Below, piece by piece: positions 13,717 through 25,568 of a stretch of 64,000 nucleotides of DNA. The notes below the pieces were generated by a model. The model was not told where the DNA came from. It searched no databases and saw only the letters and a program-made list of their open reading frames with translations. The position numbers and the translations under genes are program-made. Positions within the stretch are counted from its first letter, which is position 1, and each line of letters begins with the position of its first letter. The stretch covers positions 134,292,001-134,356,000 of the forward strand of contig JBITNC010000001.1 of NCBI GenBank assembly GCA_050084985.1, in the 5' to 3' direction. This stretch comes from Nageia nagi (lineage: Eukaryota; Plantae; Pinophyta).

Positions 13717-15222
13717 GCACTTTAAATGTTTGTGATTTTGCAAAAACAATAAAGTAAACATGCATAACATAAAGTGCTTAAAATATCATCCAAACTTGAA
13801 ACTTAAAAATACATCATCTAACATGATATCTAAGAGCAAAATTTAAAAGCATCCAATGGATTTTCTCAAAACCTCAAGAGGACATCTTTACAAAAAATTG
13901 CATAAGTTTTTAATTAACAAGAACAAAGGAGTTCCCTCCCTTTTTACTTTAAAAATATACTTTATATATTTTACAACTCTTTGAAATGGGATTTCAATAA
14001 TAGTTTGGTCAAGTATGATGGCTCAACTGGTTGTTGACATGGGTTCAATAGTAGTTTGGTCAGCAGCGATGGCTTAACTAGATATCGATGGGGGTTTAAT
14101 AGTAGTTTTTTTGGGGGTAATATTGGTTTGGTGGCCACCCATTTTTATTTATTTATTTAATTAATTATTTTTGGTAGTTGTGATATGCAAGGAAATAGAG
14201 TGGAGTGCATGGGTCATGGGGCCTAGTAGTTGTGGCTACAATAATGGGGCATAGAGGGTTACATGTTTGAGGTGGATATGGGTACGCATAATGGCATGTG
14301 GCATGGGGTGGCATGTGCAATGGCAAGTTGTAAAGGGAGAGGTAGTTGGAAGAGATTTTTATGTACAATAGAGTGTTTCTGGCCAATGGCCATGGCATCG
14401 ATGTTGCATGGGATGCACAATGTAAAGCATGGGTGGTTTATGCATTTAGTATGTTGAGAGTGATGCCTCTAAAGTGTGATGGTTGTATTCTAGGGGAGGA
14501 TGAGGTAGTTTGTACACCATGTGGGGTAGTGTGGGCAGAGAGTTTGGGGGGCTACCGCCCTATTATTTTTAGTTTCAAAAGTTTAATAGTATAACTTCAC
14601 TATTATATATAATTTTCAAAAGTTTAATACTATAACTTTTTTATTATATATGTTTTTCAAAGAAAATATTTATAGTAAAAAATGATGAAAAAATATATAT
14701 AATAAAAGGTATGTAAAAAATTTAAAAAATGCATATCTTTTTATTTTTATAATATATACATATATATATACTATTGACTTCTTTTTTATAACTTTGTAAA
14801 ACATTGCAAAAAATTTGAAGAATTGTGAAAAAAATTGTAATTTTGTTTAACATTTTTACACAAACTATTAATGTAAAGAAATTGCAAAAAAAAAAAAATT
14901 AATGCAAATTTAAGCTATAACAAATATTAAAACACGTTATTGTTATATTTAAGCAAATTTACTCAAAATTTGCAACTAAAAAAAATAATATTAGTAAAAA
15001 AAAATGCATAGCAATAACATGTAAGCAAAATTTTCAAAAAAAATTGAACTAACATATAGTAAAATATGTTAGTATCATTGAAAATTATCCAAAAAAAAAT
15101 AAAGTAGAGATAGAGGTTATACCTTAAAGTTGGTTTTACCTTACAAATGAAGTAGTGAGAATAAGTAGGAATGACCTCCAAATGTTGAAGAGGAGCCTTC
15201 AAGGATGACTTTAGATACCACG

Positions 15223-15771
15223 TGAGAGAAGCTAATCCTAAAAGACTAAATATTTATTCTACCAAGATCTCAAGAAAGATTTCTACAACATCATAAATAA
15301 GATATCCAATCTTACAAAGATAACACCAATGTAAAGTGGTTCCTCCCAACCATGGGAGTACATCTACTAATCTAAGATCTTTATTCTCAATATGCACTCT
15401 CATACAATAACTATTCCTACTTCTCCTAACAAGCCTAAAGCATAATAATACTATGAACTTGAGTGAGTAATCTCAAGGAGAGGGCCCTCTATTTATAGGC
15501 CAAAATCCTCCCTTAGATCACTCTTTTATCCATTGTACAAAGTCATAAAATGCAACACCCTTTTACCCAAGGGGCATGTCCATCAGATGGAGTGTAGGAA
15601 AAGTTACATTATTTTATTCACAAATACTTAAAAGGTATCTAGGGATACTATTAAGTATTAGTAAATTTACATTACCTTATTCATCAAATACTTAAGGTAT
15701 CTAGGATACCTTTAAGTATTAACTAAATTTACATCAAGAAACCTTACAATAGTGCCTTATACATTCCAATA
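15223..15771 (-). repeat. Copia 5' LTR
   Basis: Aligns with 4930-5488; PBS adjacent. Confidence 0.92.
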
Positions 15772-15776
15772 GTTCT

Positions 15777-16800
15777 TACTTGATTAAGTTGATGTACAAG
15801 ATTTTAGAATTAGGCTTTCCTACTTGGGATCTAGCTTGTAAGGTATGGGTTAAGAATATTATTCCTAAATTTGGCCTTTTCATTTGGGTGCTTAGGCAGA
15901 ATAAGATCCTCATAGTGGATAATTTGAGAAAAAGGGGCTTCAATATCACTAATAAATACATTTATGTTAAAAATGTGAAGAAATAGTGAACCATATGCTA
16001 ATTCACTATAATTATACCAATGATGTCTTTCAATTTTTTTGCAACAATTTCACATGAATTGGGTGGTGGCAATGAAGATTAAGAAATTTTTATGTCAATG
16101 GGAGAATCACTTCTTCTGTACTAGATTGAGAAGATTATGGGACCTAAGCCTTCCTCATATTTGGTGGGGTATTTGGAAGGAAATAAATCATTAGGTGTTT
16201 AAAGATGTTATCCTTCCTACAAGTCATATTGCTCTAAGCATCACTCACTTTATGGTGGAAAATTTATATATATTCAAGTCCAAGGAAATTTGGGAGTCTC
16301 ACATGGAGGCTTAAATTCTTCTTAATTATGGGTTAAATAGAAGAATGGATCAAATATTATAACATCCAAGGAAGAAGACTGCTTGGATTCATCCTCCAGT
16401 TGGCTAGTTATCCATTAACTTTGATGGTTCCTCTAAAGGGAATCTAAACTTGACAAGGGTCACAAGAGTGGTAAGGGACCATGTGGGAAAAATTAAACTC
16501 ATTATTTCCAAACCATTGGGTTATCAAATAATTCACTTTACAAAAGCCTAAGTGAATTTCATTAGTTTATCTATGATGAGTAGACTGAACTGCATAAATT
16601 TACCATAACTAGAGACTCTCTTAATTTCATTAATATGATAAGAGGGCATTCCTTACCAAGATGGGACACTAAGTTCATGATTGAGGAGGCTAGAAGGATA
16701 ATCAATGGGATTGATAATGTTATTATTCAACATAATTATAGGGAGGCTAATAAAATGGCAAATCAAATTGTAGATGAGGCGATAAATTTGAAGGATTTGA
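15777..16800 (+). pseudogene. LINE ORF2 3' part: zf-RVT and RNase H domain
   Basis: WVKNIIPKFGLFIWVLRQNKILIVDNLRKRGF; WWGIWKE; WIHPPVG*LSINFDGSSKGN..VVRDHVG; HNYREANKMANQ. Confidence 0.88.
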
Positions 16801-17751
16801 CGATGTGAGAAAGTAACTTTCCTAATCAATTTGAGGAATTGGCAAGGGAAGATGTTCACCAAGTCTGTAGGAGTTGATAAACCCAAAAGTAACCATTATG
16901 ATTAAATTTAGATCAAGATAAAGGACTATAATTTCATTGGAAGAGGGAGTAAAGATGGCAAGAGAATCAAAATTTTAAATGAGATTCATTAGCGAATGTG
17001 GAGGCTTTGTATAGTTAGGTGGAATAGATTTTGGGCAAGTTCCAATATGCTTTTTTTGGTGCATGGTTGGAATAATCTCATATTTTATTTTTATCAATGA
17101 GACCCCCTCATTTTTGGGATGTTTTTAGTACCTTTGGTGATTCTAGCTGGTGAAGGGTGATCAAGTTGGCACCTCAGTGGGTACCCATTCTCATCCATGA
17201 TGATTGTTAGTAGATCTAGAGGTGGGGAATATCACATCAATGGATGATGATGGGTCAAAAAAACTTGTTATTACCTTTTCACTTAGTGTGGGAGTTGACA
17301 CTCACTCATATCATTAACCTTAGCAACCTCAAGCATATTTCAAGTTGGATGGAGTGGATGATAGAGGTCAATCAATGAACACATGTTGCTTATAAGAAAG
17401 GGAAAGGGAGTCTTTTCACTCCTTAGTGTTTCAATTCCATAAAAGAGGAGCAGTTTCAAAATTCATTTCACCCATGGAATCATTGTAATGTGCAACATAG
17501 GGTTAAGGTGGTTTTCCCCTTTTTTAATAGGTGGGTACTTAAGGATAGGTAATTGTTGCATGCAATTAACTAGCTCTACTCACCAAGTATGGATCCCAAG
17601 AGAAAGCAAGATGCTAAGGGTCCTAAGTTTCATTTGGAACCAAAAAGACTAGAAGTTTCCTCAATGGTGTGAATAATTTCAGAATTGGGAGAGTTTTTGA
17701 GTAAATTTAAGGGCCATAATGAGGATATTACCAAAATATTTCTGGGGAGCT

Positions 17752-20700
17752 TGATCTGTAATCCCCTTAGGTAGATCCATATACTCACATTTACTTCTTT
17801 AAGTACTTGTAGAATATAAAATTATACTCTTATACTTAGTAGAAAATTAAGTAATTTCAATCTTTAATTGCAAATTACTAAAATCAAAATTTGCTAAATA
17901 GCTAAGTGAGACATCAATCACACCAAACAAGAACACAAGAAGATTTACCCAAGTTTGTCTTATTATGAAACTACTCCTGCAATTTGCTTCTCTTTGATTA
18001 TGGTGGTAATGCAGGTTTACAATGGTATTTTAGGCTTCAACTCCACTTGTATCCTCTTACTTTCTTTCTTTTCTTGATATTAGCACATACAAAATGATAG
18101 CCTTCTTGTAGATCTATGGCTTGGATGCCTGTACTCTTATGCTTTTACTTTTCAAATTTCCCAAAATTGAAGAACTCCCTAGGTACTTCCAACTTGCCTC
18201 ATTTAATCATAATTTTGATGTTTAAGTTTTGATTTTTACAACTTAGGATTAATAATAACAATGGTATTTTTAAACACCTTATCTAGCTTTGGTCTAAATT
18301 TGGTGAGATTCTAATAACTAGATCTCCCAATAGGCAAACTAACTAATACAATAAATCCTAACCACTTTATACAATGAAAAAATTTAAATTTGAGTGGATC
18401 AAATCCCATTGCACCATGTGGAAATTGGTAGGTGGCTAAAAATAAGCGATCAACTCCCCTTTGACTAGTGGTAGAGGCTAGACAGATGGGTGACTAGGTA
18501 GCCACTATGCATAGTTGATGGTTTGATTTAGATGATCGATGTTAGGTGTTGTCCCTACACACTTATATTATTGGTTCCTTGGTTAGTGTAACTGATGGCT
18601 AGAGCTAGGCCCCTTGCATGTCCATGGGCAGATGAGTATATGGTGGGATCCTTAACATGGTATGGCTAGCTAGTGGGATTGGCATCGATGGTCGACTAGT
18701 AGCTTCTACAATTGAACTCATATTGGCATGGGTCTCCATTCCTTCATGTGGCCTTATTTATATATAATGGTCTTGGTGAGGTGACCACTTAACGAGGCCC
18801 TCTTCACCCCACATGTTAGGTGGCTGTTGGAGGTTAACCTCCTTGACCTATGTTTGGTTGCTCACTATTTTGGGCCTTTTCATATTTATATATATTTTTA
18901 ATATATATATATATGATTTTTATATTTAAATATTTTTTGGTATTTTGTATTTTAAATAAAAATACATAAACTTCAAACCTTAATAACTTGCAAACCAGGA
19001 GTCAAATTTGTGATCTAAAAATTATGTTGCGATCATGGAGTCAATAGCTTCACTTTGAAGAGAAAATTTCTTACAAGGAGGAAAATTTGAAGTTCACCAT
19101 TTTTCTAATATCAAATTCTATTTTTAATCACACATCCCACCATAAGAGCTTTGGGTCCTACAAAAGCTTTACTTGGAGATGAGGTAAGGATATTCCATCT
19201 CCACCACCTTTGATCATCAAATCTTCTTTTTACCACTACATGGAGATTGTTTTGGCCATGGAACCATGGTATCCTTATTCCTAGGAGTACCAAAAAATTT
19301 ACTTATGTCCACTTCTTAGATTGGAGTATTATTACCATAATGCTTCTTCATATGATGAAAGTATGTCTTTTTGTTCCTCTTGCTCTTTGACATGTTTGCT
19401 TTCTATTTCAAATAAGATCGTCACCTCTTAAATTTTGGATTTCTCATAGCAACAAGTGTTAGACTCTAGGAAGAATTAATCAACATTTTTATTTTCCTCT
19501 AAGACAATATGAGATATACTTTTGCTCACATGGGGTTTTACAACAAAAGTTTTACCATCGTTATGAAGCTGATACTTACTTTCTTTCCAATGAAAATTAG
19601 CATCCCTATGATACTTACTTTCTTTCCAATGAAATTCAGCATCCCTATCATAAAAATAAGGACTTCCCAATACTATACCATAAATTTCTAAAGGTATCAC
19701 ATCTAATTCAATCTCATCAATGAAATTAGCAAAAAGTGCAAATTTGAAATTACATTGCTACATGATTTGCATCGTTGTTTTTGCATTCACCCATTCAAGT
19801 GGTTATGGATGAGGATGAGGATTAGTCTCCAATTCAAGATTCCACATTAAATCCTCTACAATTAGATTTGATTGAGAATCAAGATTGAAAAGTGTGTCAA
19901 TATTAGTCTTCTTTGCTGACATTTTGATGTTGAAAAGTTGAATTCAATTTTCCTCTTCATATTTTAAAAATGGAGCCTTTACTCCCATGTATGTAATCTT
20001 TTCATCAATATCCAAACTAGTACCAATTTTATATGGCTCTTCATTAGTCTCAAATTCTTTTGAGATTAAGGCATTCTTCTTTTGATTCCACCTTTTAAAA
20101 ATTGATGGAAGTAACTCAAGATGAATTTTCCAACATTTTTCATTAGTATCTCCATCTATATCATAATGAGAATAATGGCCTTTATTTTTCTTATCATCCT
20201 TATTAAGTAAATAATTAATTTTCTTCTTACCTTTAGGATATTTCTCCTTATGTCTATCACAAGCCTTAAGATGTTGAGCTTGAACACACACACCATCCAA
20301 ATTTGTAGGCTTGAATGGTATTGAGGTATGGCGAAGATAACTATGGAGACCTCTAATGTATTTCAATAGGGTATCTTGACTCTTCAGTGGAACTCCAATA
20401 AATGAAGCCCTCTTCTTGAATTATATAGTATAATGTTGAACACTTTATCCTTTTTCTTATCACAAATGAAATTGCTCCATGGTTTGTTGTTCATAATGAC
20501 CAAGTAGGTAGAATTGATTCTACAATAATTATTTTAATACACTCCATCTTATCATAGGAACCTCTACAAAACTTGTAATAGAATTCAAATAATATTACCA
20601 TCAAACTAAAGCATGTCCTTCTAGCTTGAATGTAGCTTTCTCAATTTTTTCTTCATCAATTTTGATATTTTGAATTCAAAATTAGGCCTCCATTTGCTTG

Positions 20701-22124
20701 ATCCATTGGTTAATTTTTTTTGCATTGATCTCTCCTTAAAAGGATTTGAGTTCAAACTTAACTTCTAGCTTCAAGGAAACTTTTCTCATTGATCGAGAAC
20801 TTTCTCTAATATTTGAATCTCCTCTTGAATCATCATTATGAGTAGTCTTTATCTCAGCAATTAATTTGAACACACTTTGAAGAGTATCTTCCATAGCTTT
20901 AAATCTTGTTTGAAACTCTAAATTAGATGCATCTTGAATTTATTCAAAAGCAATAGTATCCTATCTTTTTTTCCTTGGCCAAATTCTTGATCCAATTTTA
21001 GGATCTTCTTCAACAAGATCACCTTCTTCTTTCTTACTTTTGTATATGATAATCATACAATAATTCTAATCCAACAAATACTTGTAATAATGGATTAGAA
21101 AAATTCCAAAGCAATCAACTTGCTTTGATACCAACTTGATATGTAATTCCCTTAGGGAGATCTATATACTCACACTTAATTCTTTAAGTGCTTACAAAAT
21201 ATAAAATTTTTATCTAGCTCTGGTCCAAAGTTGGTGAGATTCTAATAACTAGATCTCCTAATATTGGCTTTTAAAGCTCCCAATTTTCACTCTTTGGAAT
21301 ATTTGTTGGCTTGAAATAATATCATAGCCCAAAAATAGGCCAAATAACCAATAAAATAAATCCTAACCATTTTATACAATGCAAACATTTAAATTTAGTT
21401 AGATCAAATCCCATTACACCATGTGGTAAGTGGTAGGTGGCTAAAAATAAGTGATCAACTCCCCTTTGATCGGTGGTAGAGGCTAGATGAATGGGTGATT
21501 AGGTAGTCACCATGGGAAAATGATAGTTTAAGTTGGATGATTGATGTTTCCCTTGCATAATCATACTATTGGCACCTTGGTCAATGTGGCTGATAGCTAG
21601 AGGTGGGTCCCTTCCACATGCATGAGCATATGGTTATATGGTAGGATCCTTGACATGGTATGCTTTATTGGTGGGGTTGGAATTTATGGGTAGTTGGTGT
21701 CTTATATAATCAACTTGGTTGGGGTCTTCATCCCTTCGCATGGCCTTCCTCATACATGATGTTCTTGGTGAGGTGGCACCACTTAATGAGGCCCTCTTCA
21801 CCCCATGTGTTTGGGGGCTGGTGAATGTTGACCTCCTTGACTTGTGTTTGGCCACACACTATTTTGAGCCTTTTCATATTTATATATATTTTTAATATAT
21901 ATATAATGATTTTGGTATTTAAATATTTTTTTGGTATTTTGTATTTTAAATAAACATACAAAAACTTCAAACCTTAATAACTTGCATGCTAGGAGTCAAA
22001 TTTGCAATCCAAAAATTATGTTGCAATTATGGAGTTGATATCTTCACTTTGAAGAGAGTATTTATTGAAAGGAGAAAAATTTTAAGCTCACAATTTTTCT
22101 AATATCAAGGTCCATTTTGGATCA
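17752..22124 (-). mobile_element. Non-autonomous Ty3/Gypsy element (gag + protease only, TR-GAG-like)
   Basis: LTRs 17752-19130 and 21137-22124 (both TGAT...ATCA; second has ~390-bp deletion); PBS-Met tggtatcaaagca (21121-21133); PPT-like next to 19131; gag KQMEA..LEGHALV*W..KYIRGLHSYLRH; protease ..SQSNLI..HPHP*PLEW..DVIPLEIYGIVLGSPY; no RT/RH/INT core. Confidence 0.9.
19570..19648. repeat. 39-bp in-frame tandem duplication at the end of the Gypsy protease
   Basis: RDAEFHWKESKYH / RDANFHWKESKYQ in ORF 19476-19700. Confidence 0.9.
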
Positions 22125-23429
22125 AAGTGAACAAGGTGGTGCGATAAAAGTCTATGGTATCACCTTCCAAGTAAATCATAAACTACTTGCAGAGGTGATC
22201 AAGTTGTCTATTCTAAGGGAGGTTATACACCAAGATAACCATAGTATGAAGATAAAATTAGTTAAGTTATGCAAAGGATATCTTATGCTTCCTTGAGAGA
22301 AATAAGGGGTGGCATCACGTACATCTCAATTGGAGCCCTAGTCAAAGGTGGATCTTACCATCATGAAATTCATCACCCTCAATGTAATGGATGCCTGGGT
22401 TCTTAGTTTTTACTTCAAGTTCTTGAACCACTTAAAAGGAACCAAAATGAACATTTCAACATTCCTCTTTATTGAGCTTTATAATATGGTTGAAGGCTAT
22501 TAGAAGAGAAAGGGGTGTAATCTACTCTATAAGGTCCTAATTTTAATGGTCTTTAAACATATAATGGTACAAATGGTTGTTTTAGATATGTTTGACTAGA
22601 TGGATCCTAAAGAAATATCGATAGTGATATCCATGGAGGGTAAATCTCTTATCAATGGGGAAAAGAAGTATCACATCAAGTTCAAATATGAGTACTAGAA
22701 ATCGGCTAGGGTCAACATTAGCTCAAAGCGCTATCTAACTCATAAAGAGAAGAAAGGAATGGTTTATGCTAAGGAATCAAAGTTAGAGGTTGAACCAGAT
22801 GTGAATATGGTAGAGCATTTTATAGCCAATGCAAAGGAACTAAAAACTCAACCACTAATGGAGGAGGGTGTAATTGGTGTAAAGCAAGAGGTGCAAGCTA
22901 TGGAGAGGAAATGCTCCATGCTAGATGTCTCACCAGAGAATCCCAATCAAAATATGGAGGGGGTGTAAGGTTACAAATAGGTTTCAAAGGAGTCCAAGGA
23001 GGTTCATGGTATCCTATACCATAGCAAAAATATTTTAGGGATGATTCATGCTACTCTACATATGGTGAAGGTATTCGAGAAGACCTTTCTAGACATGAAA
23101 GCTGAGAAAATGAAGATGATTTAATGTGTGATATGATTGTGTTCTCACTATTTTAGGTTTGGTATTTATTTTATTTTAAATATGATATGGTATTAACATA
23201 CATTCTAGTTGTTAGGCTATTATCTTGTTTTAAGGTAGTGGTAGCATGATCTATTTTTTGTAATGGAGGATTACTCTAGTTTATGGGGTAAAAGCTTACC
23301 TACCATTATGGATGTTTTTTTGAATGATCCCGATCCAACGTTTCTCATAAGCTTAAATGCTTATTTTAGGACTCTATAATTGGTTGGTATTCCATTAAAA
23401 ATTCATCCTCCAATATTATAAAAAAAAAC

Positions 23430-24900
23430 CTTATTTTTCCATGTTTTAGATAGAATGTAAATGTAATGTTAGTCTCAATAATTTATTCTAGGTTTTTATA
23501 TTACTTTCATAAATAAAATTTACTCAAATTATACTAGTAATTAATGCTAACTATTTTATCTTTTTATTTTCATGTGTAGTTTTGAAAAATGAACAAAACT
23601 ACCATATTTTCCTAATATGATCCCCTTCATGAACCTAATACAAACATTTCAAGTGTTGATGCAAACCTTTTATAGTCTATGTAATTGGTATGATCTTTCC
23701 ATTCAATATGATTCAATGCATTGTTCATAAAACTTAATAATATGAAAGATCAATCTCCTAGAATTTCTCATTTTACTCCAAGTTTTGCCATCAATTTTCA
23801 ATACAATAATAATAAGGTTTTTGATCTATTTTCCCATACAAATATACTAAAGTGTAAATGAAAATATGCAAGATAAAATTAAGTGATATACAATAAACCA
23901 TCTTTCTCTTGTCAATGTAAATCTCATGCAGCTATGCAATGTTGTAGTCCTCATCATCTTGACCACATATGCTTTCCAACAACATCTCACAAGAATAACC
24001 AAAAGACATCAAAAATACTAGTATCATGTAAGATAATATCAAGTAGCATGTACCATATCTTAAGGTTGTGGTCTAGTGGTTCATGACATTAGCTAAATTA
24101 TTTTCTCACAGTTTAAAAGATGAAGCACTCAAATGATATTTTACCATTCTTGAAAAAAGTATGATAGGTATGAGTATTTTATTCATTATAAATTTTAAAT
24201 ATAACATCAAAGAACAAGCCTTATATAAATATTTGTGTATAATTAAATAAAAAAAGTAATCAAAGTTAATTAAACAACAAAGTAATCAAAGTTTCATAAA
24301 TTTTATTAAAGTTTGAAAAAAATGGTAATAAAGTGATTACTACTTAATAAGATTTACAAGATTCTTTCATTTACTCTTTGTTACCTCAATTTAGATTTAA
24401 AAGATAAATCTAATGATGATGGTTCAATTTATCCTCATAATCAACAATTAGATATCTTCATAAATCCTTTGCCAAAAGCATATCAATATGTTAAGGGTCT
24501 AATTAGAATGGTAAGTACTTGTGATTCTTTGAGATATCATTTTCATAATCCTTTTAGGTCAGGTGGAGCATATCAATCCTCTAAATAAAATAAAGTAGTT
24601 GTCAAATTCTCAATAATGAAATCCTCATTCTCATAATGCCCACACCATCCATGATAGTCGACATGGTGTTCATGTTGTTCATCCTTGTACAAAAAGGTCT
24701 TTCATATTCTACACAATTTCATATAAATGCAAATGGGTTAGGAAATCCACCCAAGTTTAATGTATCATTGTTTAAACTCTTTTTATTTTCTTTTTCCTAT
24801 TTTTGTATGTATTTTGTTTGTGCATTCTTTTTCATTTTTCTATTGCATATCTTTCTTTCCTAATGATGATTTTTCTTTTTTAAGTGCTTGCATATAATTT
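23430..24900 (-). mobile_element. Possible highly decayed Helitron Rep-like remnant
   Basis: Weak resemblance only (..GIILGKYGSFVHF.., ..ERPFCTRMNNM..) to the Helitron helicase-like N-terminal region; many stops. Confidence 0.25.
23538..23859. repeat. Direct repeat, copy B (homologous to 1-323), 110 bp after the LINE A-tail
   Basis: Direct alignment by eye. Confidence 0.9.
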
Positions 24901-25216
24901 GCTTCATACATTTCTTCTCACACTTTTAATTTTTTGCATTGTTCCCACATCGTATTCTTAAGGATACAACATGCACATCATTTGTTTTCATGATTTAAAA
25001 AATAAATAAATTAGAGTGCTCATTTCTATTTCAAATTACAAATTAATTGTTTCATATAAACTATGTGATGTACTTAATTTTATGCTTATTTTCATTGCAT
25101 TCTATTTTATTCAAAATATAAAATTGCAAATTTATTTTCATCATTTAAATCATAATCGTATTACATTCATAGAAATAATAACAAATAATAAAAATAAGTA
25201 AATATTAATTCATAAA

Positions 25217-25436
25217 TTATATATATATATATATATAATCAAAATATGGTACAAGTATCATAGATAAAAGCATGTTCTTGATGCAGTTGGGCAACCACTA
25301 CTATCCTCTCTCCCATCCCTCCTCATACTATATATTATATATATAATCAAAATATGGTACAAGTATCATAGATAAAAGCATGTTCTTGATGCAATTGGGA
25401 AACCACTACTATCCTCTCTCCCATCCCTCCTCATAC

Positions 25437-25479
<43 letters not shown>

Positions 25480-25568
25480 CAAAATATGGTACAAGTATCA
25501 AAGATAAAAGCATGTTCTCAATGTAGTTGGGTGACCACTACTATCCTCTCCCATCCCTCCTCATATTA
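25217..25568. repeat. Three ~105-130-bp tandem units separated by (TA)n microsatellites
   Basis: taatcaaaatatggtacaagtatca..ccatccctcctcata at 25236, 25343 and 25476; highly similar copies. Confidence 0.95.

Larger units (their letters stand above)
4930..15771 (-). mobile_element. Full-length degenerate Ty1/Copia LTR retrotransposon nested in LINE ORF2
   Basis: LTRs at 4930-5488 and 15223-15771; TSD tttct/gttct; PBS-like tggtatctaaagtc on minus strand (~15207-15220); PPT 5489-5497; gag-PR-INT-RT-RH order. Confidence 0.95.
17589..23124 (+). pseudogene. Putative LINE ORF3 (plant-transposon-protein-like), split by Gypsy insertion (pieces 17589-17751 and ~22125-23124)
   Basis: MDPKRKQD..LEPK..LGEFLSKFKGHNEDITKIFLGS | GGAIKVYGITFQVNHKLLAEVIKL..IMKFITL..FKFLNHLKGTKMNISTFLF..; acidic/coiled-coil-like tail. 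Confidence 0.6.
324..23428 (+). mobile_element. Degenerate L1-clade LINE (~7.9 kb after removing two nested LTR elements) with ORF1, ORF2 incl. RNase H, ORF3 and A-tail
   Basis: ORF1 and ORF2 motifs (see below). Coding sequence resumes across the Copia insertion (..EIGF|YLIKLMYK). A-run at 23420-23428. Including ORF3 and the 3' end in the same element is an inference from colinearity. Confidence 0.8.

Noticed and set aside
14165-14594. Several short ORFs in a GC-richer patch
   Set aside because: Lie in the Copia 5' non-coding region; no recognisable motifs
21634-21970. ORFs of 73-80 aa
   Set aside because: Inside an LTR; no recognisable protein motifs
17747-22129. TSD for the Gypsy TR-GAG-like element
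   Set aside because: Flanks gagct and aagtg do not match well; TSD not claimed
25217-25568. CRISPR-like repeat-spacer appearance
   Set aside because: Eukaryotic context; the units are near-identical tandem copies separated by TA microsatellite, with no unique spacers and no cas genes
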